A stretch of DNA of 24,777 nucleotides. Origin: a virus (Duplodnaviria; Caudoviricetes). The stretch covers positions 1 through 24,777 of IMG/VR virus record IMGVR_UViG_3300049899_000349. One strand, written 5' to 3'. A program made the position numbers and the translations under genes. Each line of letters begins with the position of its first letter. Positions within the stretch are counted from its first letter, which is position 1. The notes under the pieces were generated by a model, which had not been told where the DNA came from, searched no databases, and saw nothing but the letters and a program-made list of their open reading frames with translations. Of this stretch, positions 8,603-16,793 are shown piece after piece.

Positions 8603-9604
8603 ATGAAGATAACAAAAGGACATTTAAGACAAATAATTCGTGAAGAAATCAAAGATGTAAAAAATTCTTTACTAACAGAAACTTTTCAAAGTGATACTTT
8701 GAGAAAACTATCAGCCGGAAGAATAAATCGTGATTTCTTTTCAGCCACAGCAAATAAATATGGTATTCAATGGGATAAAGTTGAAGACCACCAGATTGAA
8801 AGATTAAGAACACCAAAGAAAAAAGGAATTAGTTTCGCAGTCGCTGGTAAAAATATAGAATATCTACGAAGTAAAACAAGACAAAGTAGTTATTATGATA
8901 GTAGTAGAATTTATGTAGGTATAACAAAAGGAAGACTTATCGCAGTTGTTAAAGACGGAAAACCATTACATATGGGTTCAAATTATAGAAAACCAGAAAT
9001 TGGAACAGCAGGTGAAATAGATAGTTATTCAAGAACAATGGTCGGATTAGACGCATTCGGATACAGAAGTTTAAAAACAATAAAAGAAATTCCTGGACTA
9101 ATGTGGTATCACTTGGACTTATCTAAAGCAGCAGAATATATGGGAGCAATAGAGGTAGGAAAACTAAGAAGAGCTGCAAGATATGGAGCAAGTAAATTTA
9201 CTACACCTGAAGAATTTTCAAAAGCACAAAAAGAAAGATATGGTAAAGCTGTTGCAAAAATGAAAAACGACCCAAAAAGAATTAAGAAGGAAGTTACTAA
9301 AGCAACTAAACATCTTGATAAAATGATGAAAGAAGTTATTTCCGCTAAAAGTCCAGCAATGAAAAAACATATGAAAAGATTATCAAAAGAATATGGAATG
9401 GATGTCTTTGATAATAAATTATGGTCAGCAGCAAGTAATATCGCAAGTAGGTCACAAAACTTATTTGGTGATTATGCAGATTATCTAAGAGAAGCTAATA
9501 GAAAAAGTTCGTATAGTGATGACAACTTAAATTCATACGCTGAAAGAGTTGTAGATTCTACAAGAAATATATTAAAATTAAAAGCACATACATTTGTCAG
9601 TTAA
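8603..9604 (+). CDS. Basic hypothetical protein with leader MKITKGHLRQIIREE..LLTE (putative internal head protein)
   Basis: 333-aa ORF tightly packed in the operon; N-terminal amphipathic leader ending in an L-x-E site. Confidence 0.6.
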   Translation: MKITKGHLRQIIREEIKDVKNSLLTETFQSDTLRKLSAGRINRDFFSATANKYGIQWDKVEDHQIERLRTPKKKGISFAVAGKNIEYLRSKTRQSSYYDSSRIYVGITKGRLIAVVKDGKPLHMGSNYRKPEIGTAGEIDSYSRTMVGLDAFGYRSLKTIKEIPGLMWYHLDLSKAAEYMGAIEVGKLRRAARYGASKFTTPEEFSKAQKERYGKAVAKMKNDPKRIKKEVTKATKHLDKMMKEVISAKSPAMKKHMKRLSKEYGMDVFDNKLWSAASNIASRSQNLFGDYADYLREANRKSSYSDDNLNSYAERVVDSTRNILKLKAHTFVS

Positions 9605-9610
9605 GGAGAT

Positions 9611-10111
9611 ATGATGAAATTAAAAGACTTATTAAAAGAATCAATGGTTTGGGAAAGAAACTTTGGTGAACCATTACCTACATTAGATAGTGTGATGGAA
9701 AAATATCAACAAGAAGGTGGTAAAGGCAGTGGTAGAAAACCAGAAAAAGGTTCAGCAAAAGATATTGAAAAGAAATCTATGAAAGCCGCAACTGATGCAA
9801 ACGCTAAAATGGATGCAGCTGAAAAAGAAATGAAAAGAAAAGCAAAAGAACAAGCGTTCAAAGATATGGAAAATGAATCAGTAGAAATTAACGAAAAAGT
9901 TTCTGATTATAATAGAGAATACCTTAACAAAAGAACTGGATTTGATGTATGGAATGATAAGAAACTTCCAATAATAGTCAAAAATATGAAATTAACTATG
10001 AATGATTTAGAAAAGACAGTAAGAATTAAAGACGGAAAAAGTTTTGATGATGTATTACAAAGAATATCAGTTAGTGTTAATATATTAAAAAAATACTTAA
10101 ACTTGAGATAA
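9611..10111 (+). CDS. Putative internal head protein with duplicated 33-aa leader
   Basis: SD aggag at 9604-9608 (true start may be ATG 9614); leader MKLKDLLKESMVWERNFGEPLPTLDSVMEKYQQ; internal ESVEINE. Confidence 0.6.
   Translation: MMKLKDLLKESMVWERNFGEPLPTLDSVMEKYQQEGGKGSGRKPEKGSAKDIEKKSMKAATDANAKMDAAEKEMKRKAKEQAFKDMENESVEINEKVSDYNREYLNKRTGFDVWNDKKLPIIVKNMKLTMNDLEKTVRIKDGKSFDDVLQRISVSVNILKKYLNLR
9614..9712 (+). repeat. Dispersed 99-bp repeat, copy 1 (copy 2 at 13295-13393)
   Basis: 28/33 identical amino acids; 32-nt exact core tttggtgaaccattacctacattagatagtgt at 9662-9693 and 13343-13374. Confidence 0.95.
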
Positions 10112-10115
10112 AACA

Positions 10116-10715
10116 ATGGCAAGAACATCAGATACACAATTAAGAGCAATATACGAAAAGTTTAATAAAATTCGTGATATTCAAACAGAAATAAATTCTC
10201 TTTCAGAACAAATGAGTCCAAGAGAAAAAAGACAAATGGAATCTGCATTTAGAGCAATAAATACTAACATTAGTTATATAAAAAATGAAGTAAAAATCAT
10301 TTCAAAATTATTATCAAAACAAGGTATGAGAAAATCAGTTAAAGAAATTCAATCATCATTTAAAAAACATATCGTTGAATTTGGATTAGATATTAAAAAT
10401 GTAACACAACAACATTTAGGAGAATCCTTTCCAGCCTCATCATTAGGACACATTAAATGGTCAAATAAAGAAGCAATGAAACATTCACAAGACGCAGTAA
10501 ATAAAGCTTCAAAACATATCGGACAAGCTCAACAAAGAGCAGTTAGTATCTTTACATCAGATATGAAACAAGGTAAATATGATAATTTAGATTTATCAAA
10601 AAGTATAAATACTGGTAGAATGAAAGATTCAAGTTTATCTAAAAGAGATGTATTAAAAAATTTATATTATAATTTAAGAGATAGATTTAACAAATATGGA
10701 AAAAGAAAGAAATAA
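10116..10715 (+). CDS. Hypothetical basic helical protein (putative internal head protein)
   Basis: 199 aa; SLSE and HLGE candidate processing sites; TAATG overlap with the next gene. Confidence 0.55.
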   Translation: MARTSDTQLRAIYEKFNKIRDIQTEINSLSEQMSPREKRQMESAFRAINTNISYIKNEVKIISKLLSKQGMRKSVKEIQSSFKKHIVEFGLDIKNVTQQHLGESFPASSLGHIKWSNKEAMKHSQDAVNKASKHIGQAQQRAVSIFTSDMKQGKYDNLDLSKSINTGRMKDSSLSKRDVLKNLYYNLRDRFNKYGKRKK

Positions 10716-12613
10716 TGCCTGCTAAATCAAAACAACAACAAAAATTTATGGGTATTGTGAAAACAATCCAACAAGGTGATGAACCAGCATCTAAATTTTC
10801 TAAAGCCGCTCAAGATGCAGCAGAAGATATGAAAGAAAAAGATGTTGATGACTTCGCATCAACAAAGCACAAAGGACTTCCTAAAAAGGTAGAACAATAC
10901 CTTCGTCAAAAAATCAGAAAATCAGTAGAAGAAATGATTAAAGAGGATTGGTTCGATAGATTAAGTTCAGACGACCAAAAGAAATATGTAAAATCCCACC
11001 CTGGTAGTAAAAAAGCAAAACAAGCAGCTCACGATAAAGAAAGAGAAAAAAGAGCAAGGAAAATAAGAAGTAAAAATTATACTGTTGACGGAGACGGAAA
11101 TATTGTAAAAGTTAAGAAAACAAAAGAAGACCCAAAAAAACAAGCAAAACATATGGCAGCATTGAAAAAAGGTTATATGCCGGGTGACGATAATTATGAG
11201 AAGTTTGTAAAAGAAGATTATGTTGAAACTTGTGGTTATACACAAAGTGTTGACGGAAAAAAATTAAAAACACCTGGTGCAACTGGAGAAGAGGACAGAC
11301 ACTTAAAAGAAGCTTTCACAGGTGGAGATAGAAAAATATTGTTTGTAATAGCAAGAGAACTCGCAGACAATCTTAAGAAAGTAGGTCTAAAAGGAAAACA
11401 ATTAGAAAGAGTAATGTCAAGTGCTATTTTGTCTATGAGATACGATAAAAGTAATTTAAATTATAAAAAATTTAAAAGATTTTTTCCAAGAGGATATAAC
11501 TCTAAATTGGTTAAAAGACTATTGGACAAATTCCACGACCAATACGACGCAGTTCGATGGACATTTATTAGACAAGCAATAGGTGAATCAGTAAATGAAG
11601 CCAAACGACTTACAAGAGGAAATAGAGGAGTTAAAGTCGGTGATATAGTAAGGTTTCGTGATGAACATAGAAGACCAGTTAGTCAAAGAGTAAAAGTTAA
11701 GTGGATAATGAAATCCAAACCTAATAAAGAATTTGTAGATTTTAACTATATAACAAACAAAGGAACTTTTCACGACCAACATTTACAAGGAACTAAAGCT
11801 TGGAAATTATATTATAGTAAAGAGAGAAGAGAATCAGTAGAAGAAGAAAGAGATTACAAAACAGAATACAAGAAATATGGTTCATCTACAAAGGCAAAGA
11901 AATATAGAGCCGAATTAAATCAGTATAACAGAAAAAATGGAACTTATGGTAATGGTGATGGTAAAGATGCATCACACAAAGGTGGAAAAATTGTGGGATT
12001 TGAAAAAGAATCAACAAATAGAGGTAGAGCTGAAAAGAGTCGTTTGAAGAAAGAATCAGTAAATGAAAGAATTATGTTAAAATATAATGGAAGACCAATT
12101 ACGACTATTCATTATAATGGTCCAGTTTCTGATATGATTACAACAAGCACTCGTTCTTGGATGGTTTTTGATGATGAAAAAGATGTTAAAAAGACATTCA
12201 AAAGTCATTTAGACGATATTAAAAAAGATAAAGATTATACTAAAGAAGATTTAGAAACATTTAAAAAAATGCTGAAAAAAATAAAGATGACCAAAACAGA
12301 ATCAGTAAATGAAGCAAGATTAGACCCAAAACAATTACTACAACAATTAGGTGGTAATAAATTTATCACAATGGTAGGTGCTAAAAATCTTGCAGTTGAT
12401 AAATCAAAAAATGAATTACATATGAAAATTATGAGAAATGCAAAAGGTGTATCGCATGTTAGAATCAAATTAACATCAAGAGATTTATACGATATGGAAT
12501 TCATACAAGTAAGAGCTGGTAAAATAACAATTAAATCAAGAGTAAAAGGAGTTTATGCCGACCAATTAGGTAAGATGTTCAAAAAGAACACCGGTTTAAA
12601 TGTAAGATTATAA
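10715..12613 (+). CDS. Modular Lys-rich polyprotein-like protein (DUF3008-like N-terminus, HNH-like module, other small modules)
   Basis: 632 aa. Begins MPAKSKQQQKFMG..FASTKHKGLPKKV (recalled as DUF3008-like). Modules are delimited by ESVNE/ESVEE at residues 291, 373, 447 and 529. Confidence 0.65.
   Translation: MPAKSKQQQKFMGIVKTIQQGDEPASKFSKAAQDAAEDMKEKDVDDFASTKHKGLPKKVEQYLRQKIRKSVEEMIKEDWFDRLSSDDQKKYVKSHPGSKKAKQAAHDKEREKRARKIRSKNYTVDGDGNIVKVKKTKEDPKKQAKHMAALKKGYMPGDDNYEKFVKEDYVETCGYTQSVDGKKLKTPGATGEEDRHLKEAFTGGDRKILFVIARELADNLKKVGLKGKQLERVMSSAILSMRYDKSNLNYKKFKRFFPRGYNSKLVKRLLDKFHDQYDAVRWTFIRQAIGESVNEAKRLTRGNRGVKVGDIVRFRDEHRRPVSQRVKVKWIMKSKPNKEFVDFNYITNKGTFHDQHLQGTKAWKLYYSKERRESVEEERDYKTEYKKYGSSTKAKKYRAELNQYNRKNGTYGNGDGKDASHKGGKIVGFEKESTNRGRAEKSRLKKESVNERIMLKYNGRPITTIHYNGPVSDMITTSTRSWMVFDDEKDVKKTFKSHLDDIKKDKDYTKEDLETFKKMLKKIKMTKTESVNEARLDPKQLLQQLGGNKFITMVGAKNLAVDKSKNELHMKIMRNAKGVSHVRIKLTSRDLYDMEFIQVRAGKITIKSRVKGVYADQLGKMFKKNTGLNVRL
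11585..12313 (+). repeat. Four regularly spaced in-frame 15-nt repeats GAATCAGTA(AAT/GAA)GAA
   Basis: Exact GAATCAGTAAATGAA at 11585, 12053 and 12299; GAATCAGTAGAAGAA at 11831; spacings 246, 222 and 246 nt. Confidence 0.9.
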
Positions 12614-12630
12614 CAAAAATTTTAATATTT

Positions 12631-12640
12631 GATATTTATT
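12631..12640 (+). promoter_or_regulatory. Putative late promoter motif GATATTTATT
   Basis: Intergenic TATTTAT core at 12633-12639, upstream of ATG 12666. Confidence 0.45.
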
Positions 12641-12665
12641 AATAACTAAAGTAACAAGGAAAATT

Positions 12666-13295
12666 ATGGCAAAAATAATTAAATTAAAAAGTTTATTAAA
12701 AGAACACGCATTTGCATTAGCAGGTGGTATTGTTTCACAACCAGCATTTCATAACGATATGTCTTTATCTAAAATGGTTAAAGAAAAATATGGTGATGTT
12801 GAAAATGAACCTAAAATCAGTTCAGAACAAATTTTATCAAAAATTCAAGAGTTCGGTAATTTAGGTGATACGATTTATCAGTCGGGTGACTTAAAAGAAG
12901 CTGCAAAAACTTTATCTGATATCGCAAGTGCAGCAAGTGTTCATACACTAAGAGAAACAGAAGATTGGTTTGACAAAGTTACAGTCAATCGTAATATGAA
13001 AGAATTAACAAACTTATCAAAACAATTCGATAGGTTATCAGAAGACGCAAGTTCAGTTCAACAAAGACTATCAGCACTATATGAAGATATGGGAAATGTT
13101 TTAAGTCGTTATTATGACTTAAATGAAAATGAGTTGGAAACTAAAATAACAGAAGATGATACTAAATACGCAAAGTTCTTTAGAAGTGCATTAGAAAAAT
13201 TCGGAGTTAGTTCACCAGCAGAATTGGGTGATAAGAAAAAAGCGTTTTATAACTATGTTGATAAAAATTACCAAGCAAAACAAGAAACAGATTAA
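12666..13295 (+). CDS. Hypothetical coiled-coil head-associated protein with KLKSLLKE leader
   Basis: 209 aa; begins MAKIIKLKSLLKE; central coiled coil; short C-terminal module YAKFFRSALEKFGVSSPAEL..KKAFYNYVD after ITE. Confidence 0.6.
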   Translation: MAKIIKLKSLLKEHAFALAGGIVSQPAFHNDMSLSKMVKEKYGDVENEPKISSEQILSKIQEFGNLGDTIYQSGDLKEAAKTLSDIASAASVHTLRETEDWFDKVTVNRNMKELTNLSKQFDRLSEDASSVQQRLSALYEDMGNVLSRYYDLNENELETKITEDDTKYAKFFRSALEKFGVSSPAELGDKKKAFYNYVDKNYQAKQETD

Positions 13296-13594
13296 TGAAA
13301 CTTAAATCACTATTAAAAGAAACAAAAGTTTGGGAAAGAAAATTTGGTGAACCATTACCTACATTAGATAGTGTAAGGGAAAAATATCAACAAAATTCCA
13401 AACCAATCAACGAAGCAGAAGGTTGGGGTTTGTTAAATAATGTTTATTTAAAATTCACACAACATCACGCTAGAAAACTTGAATTAGCTATAAGAAAGAA
13501 AGATATTAAACTTACCAATAGTGTAATCGATGCGATTATTGGTGGTTTAAGTAATGCAAAAAAGAACACTAAAAGAGACAGAAGAACTTTATAA
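13295..13594 (+). CDS. Putative internal head protein with duplicated 33-aa leader (copy 2)
   Basis: MKLKSLLKETKVWERKFGEPLPTLDSVREKYQQ, then PINE, then an unrelated ~59-aa cargo. Confidence 0.6.
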   Translation: MKLKSLLKETKVWERKFGEPLPTLDSVREKYQQNSKPINEAEGWGLLNNVYLKFTQHHARKLELAIRKKDIKLTNSVIDAIIGGLSNAKKNTKRDRRTL

Positions 13595-13608
13595 AGAAAG
13601 AGGTTAAA

Positions 13609-13797
13609 ATGTTAAAGGTTACAGTAAGAGATAACAAAGTAGAACACGCATTAAGACTATTAAAGAAGAAAGTAAAAGACTCTGGATTAATGATTGAATT
13701 AAGAGAAAGACAGTTTTTTACAAAACCTTCAGTCAAAAAAAGACTGCAAAGAAAAAGAGCAGCGGTAAATAATAGAAATTTATCAAAAAATCAGTAG
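13609..13797 (+). CDS. rpsU: Phage-encoded 30S ribosomal protein bS21
   Basis: 62 aa, basic, with the bS21 signature V-x-V-R..VEHALRLLKKKV..G..ELRERQFFTKPSVKKR; SD gaggt. Confidence 0.9.
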   Translation: MLKVTVRDNKVEHALRLLKKKVKDSGLMIELRERQFFTKPSVKKRLQRKRAAVNNRNLSKNQ

Positions 13798-13844
13798 TTT
13801 TATACAGAAAATGTCTTTAAAAAGACCTAATTTTTTCATACTTT

Positions 13845-13854
13845 TATATTTATA
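13845..13854 (+). promoter_or_regulatory. Putative late promoter motif TATATTTATA for the scaffold-capsid operon
   Basis: ACTTTTATATTTATA in the 157-nt gap between bS21 and the scaffold gene. Confidence 0.55.
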
Positions 13855-13954
13855 TGTAAACACAATATCGGTCAATCGACCATTTCATATATTGTATATT
13901 AATAACCTTATTATAGTTCCCAATAGCTATATTTGATTCCAACGGAGAAATAAA

Positions 13955-15127
13955 ATGGATGATATTTTAAAAGAAGCAATCGCTGATGCTAAAGCACTGC
14001 GTGCTACTGCATTAGAAAATGCTAAAATAGCTCTTGAGGAAGCGTTTACACCGCGTCTAAAAAATATGTTATCACAAAAGATTCAGTCTGAAGTAGAAGA
14101 CGAAGACGAAGTCGAAGAAGATATGTATGATGAAGACGAGGTAGAAGATGGACACGAAGAAGAAACAGTAGAACCAGAATTATCTGATGAAGATGATGAA
14201 GGTGAAGCAGAATTATCTGATGAAGATGATGAAGTTGTTCCAGCAGAATTATCTGATGAAGATGATGAAGTTGTTCCAGCAGAATTATCTGATGAAGATG
14301 AAGAAGGTGAAGATGATATCATTGAAATAAATGGTATTAAATACGCCCCAATAGTTTCTGAAGATGACGAAGAAGTTCCAGCAGAACTATCTGATGAAGA
14401 TGATGAGGCAGAAGCCGAATTATCTGATGAAGATGAAGATGAATTAGATTTAGAATCAGTTATTAAAGAACTTGAGGAAGAATTAGATACATCTGCAGTA
14501 GGTGATGCTGAGAACAAAGAACCTTCGGATTCTGCGAGTGATTCATCTGATATCGGACAAGGTTCGGAAGAACCATCTGATGCATCTGACGAAAGTGAAG
14601 GTTCAGAAAATGATGACGATTCAGTTATCAAAGAACCTGTAACAGAAAACGAAGACGCAGAAGAACTGTCTGATGAAGACGAAGAAATCGACCTTGATGA
14701 AATTATCAAAGCTCTTGACGAAGAAGAAGCTGATGATAATGACGACAATGGAGATAAAGTTGAAGAATTACAAAACACACTAAAAGAATACAAGGATACA
14801 GTTGGTTTCCTTCGTGAGAAATTAAACGAAGTTAATTTATTGAATGCTAAATTACTATTTACAAACAAACTCTTTAGAGGGTTTGGTTTAAATAATAATC
14901 AAAAACTTAGAGTCGTTGAACAATTCGATAGAACTAAGAACTTAAGAGAAATCAAACTTGTTTACACTACTTTAGCAGAGTCTTTCAAAGGCAATGATAA
15001 ACCAAGAGTAAATGAGAACAAAGGTCAAGCTTCAAAGACTGTTCAATCAACTGCACCAAAGAAAGAAGTAATTTCAGAAGGCGCAGAAATGAAGAACAGA
15101 TTTAAGAAACTTGCAAATTTAATTTAA
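13955..15127 (+). CDS. Prohead core scaffold protein (T4 gp22 equivalent), highly acidic
   Basis: Directly upstream of the MCP gene; helical N- and C-termini (LKEAIADAKALRATALENAKIALEEAF; LNEVNLLNAKLLFTNKLF; NRFKKLANLI) around a D/E-rich repeat core; SD cggag. Confidence 0.8.
   Translation: MDDILKEAIADAKALRATALENAKIALEEAFTPRLKNMLSQKIQSEVEDEDEVEEDMYDEDEVEDGHEEETVEPELSDEDDEGEAELSDEDDEVVPAELSDEDDEVVPAELSDEDEEGEDDIIEINGIKYAPIVSEDDEEVPAELSDEDDEAEAELSDEDEDELDLESVIKELEEELDTSAVGDAENKEPSDSASDSSDIGQGSEEPSDASDESEGSENDDDSVIKEPVTENEDAEELSDEDEEIDLDEIIKALDEEEADDNDDNGDKVEELQNTLKEYKDTVGFLREKLNEVNLLNAKLLFTNKLFRGFGLNNNQKLRVVEQFDRTKNLREIKLVYTTLAESFKGNDKPRVNENKGQASKTVQSTAPKKEVISEGAEMKNRFKKLANLI
14177..14690 (+). 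repeat. Coding repeat ELSDED (7 copies), including a 36-bp perfect tandem unit
   Basis: gcagaattatctgatgaagatgatgaagttgttcca at 14207 and 14243, partial at 14279; further degenerate copies near 14177, 14381, 14415 and 14660. Confidence 0.9.
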
Positions 15128-15176
15128 TAGATTAAATTTTAATTTAAACAATATTTAATAAAAATCGGAGAAAAAA

Positions 15177-16793
15177 ATGTCAGATTTGAAAAACATCAAT
15201 CAATTGCTTGATGGTAACAAAAATCCACACAGACAACTCTTAGAACAAACAAGACAATTAGTTTCCAAATGGGAACCAACTGGTCTATTAGAAGGTATTG
15301 ATTCTGAAACACAAAGAAGCGGAATGTCAGTATTGCTTGAAAACCAAGCAAATCAACTGGTAACTGAAGCTTCACAAGTGGGAACAGGTTCAAATACTGA
15401 ACAATGGTCAGGTGTTGCTCTACCGTTAGTTCGTAGAATTTTTGGTGAGTTAGCTGCACAAGATTTCGTATCAGTGCAACCTATGAATTTACCATCAGGT
15501 CTAATATTTTATCTCGATTTCAGATACGGAAGTGCCGCAACTAACTTTAGTTCAGGCCAAAATGTCCACGGTGTAACATCAGCTTCTGGTGATGCAACCG
15601 AAGGACTTTATGGTGCAGGTAAATTCGGATATTCTATTAATGATAGAACAGTAACACTAAACACAGGTTCATACTCAACTTCATCAGTAAACTTTTCTGA
15701 TGTAGATTTTGAACCATCATTAACAGCGTCTTTCACAAATTTAAGACAAATTATCATAGCTAAAACAGCTATTGATTCTAATGCTGACTTTAATGGTGTA
15801 AGAGCTTTTGAAATTAGTGGTAGTGCAGGAGCAGGATTAGACGCAACTTATCCAGCTTATACTGCAGTAACTGGTTCTAATGTCAGATTCGTAGTCGACC
15901 CAACAGCCCCAACTGGTGCAGCTTCATTGTATGCATTATCAGTTCAGGTTAAGGTCAAATACCACCAACAACCAGCTGATACTTCAAGAGGAGATTTTGA
16001 AGCTACAGCAAGTGGAACAGGTGCAGAATCAGATGCAGGAATACCTGAAATTAATATCGCACTAAGAAGTGTTGCAATCGTTGCAAAAACTCGTAAACTA
16101 AAAGCTGTATGGACTCCTGAGTTAGCTCAAGACCTAAACGCTTATCATTCAGTTGACGCTGAAGCAGAACTAACATCACTATTAAGTGAATATATTTCAA
16201 TGGAAATTGATTTAGAAATCCTTGATATGTTGTTAAGTGGTGCTTCTGCTAAGACAGAAAGATGGTCAGCTTTTGTTGGACGCGAGTATGACAGTGGTCT
16301 TTTCAAGAACACTGCAACTAATGCTTCCGCATATACAAAAGGTGAATGGTTCCAGACTTTAGGAAACAAGATACAAGCCGTATCTAACGCTATACACCAA
16401 AAAACTCTAAGAGGCGGAGCTAACTTTATTGTAATCTCACCTGAAACAGCAACAATCCTTGAATCAATTCCTGGATATGCTACAACTTCAGATGGTGCAG
16501 TAGATAGTTCTTACGCTATGGGTGTTCAAAAAGTTGGTCTATTAAACAATAGATTCAATGTATACAAGAACCCTTATATGACTGAGAATCAAATCCTTTG
16601 TGGATTTAGAGGTTCAAACTTCTTAGAAACAGGTGCTGTATATGCTCCATATGTACCGTTAATTATGACACCGTTAGTTTATGACCCAACTAACTTTACA
16701 CCGCGTAAAGGCGTTATGACTCGTTATGCTAAGAAATTAGTAAGAAGTGAGTTCTATGGTAAAGTTATTGTTGCTGATGTAGACAAAGTGTAG
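15177..16793 (+). CDS. Major capsid protein (T4 gp23-like)
   Basis: gp23 motifs LPLVRR, VSVQPMNLPSGLIFYL, AKTRKLKAVWTPELAQDLNAYHSVDAEAEL, YAPYVPL and DPTNFTPRKGVMTRYA. Confidence 0.97.
   Translation: MSDLKNINQLLDGNKNPHRQLLEQTRQLVSKWEPTGLLEGIDSETQRSGMSVLLENQANQLVTEASQVGTGSNTEQWSGVALPLVRRIFGELAAQDFVSVQPMNLPSGLIFYLDFRYGSAATNFSSGQNVHGVTSASGDATEGLYGAGKFGYSINDRTVTLNTGSYSTSSVNFSDVDFEPSLTASFTNLRQIIIAKTAIDSNADFNGVRAFEISGSAGAGLDATYPAYTAVTGSNVRFVVDPTAPTGAASLYALSVQVKVKYHQQPADTSRGDFEATASGTGAESDAGIPEINIALRSVAIVAKTRKLKAVWTPELAQDLNAYHSVDAEAELTSLLSEYISMEIDLEILDMLLSGASAKTERWSAFVGREYDSGLFKNTATNASAYTKGEWFQTLGNKIQAVSNAIHQKTLRGGANFIVISPETATILESIPGYATTSDGAVDSSYAMGVQKVGLLNNRFNVYKNPYMTENQILCGFRGSNFLETGAVYAPYVPLIMTPLVYDPTNFTPRKGVMTRYAKKLVRSEFYGKVIVADVDKV

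Noticed and set aside
11585-12313. CRISPR interpretation of the regularly spaced 15-nt repeats
   Set aside because: Repeats are too short, spacers are over 200 nt, all are in frame within an ORF, and there is no palindrome or cas gene.
14083-14868. 261-aa Ser-rich minus-strand ORF
   Set aside because: Shadow of the GAA/GAT-rich acidic scaffold codons (reverse complement gives TTC/ATC/TCx and few stops); no independent signal.
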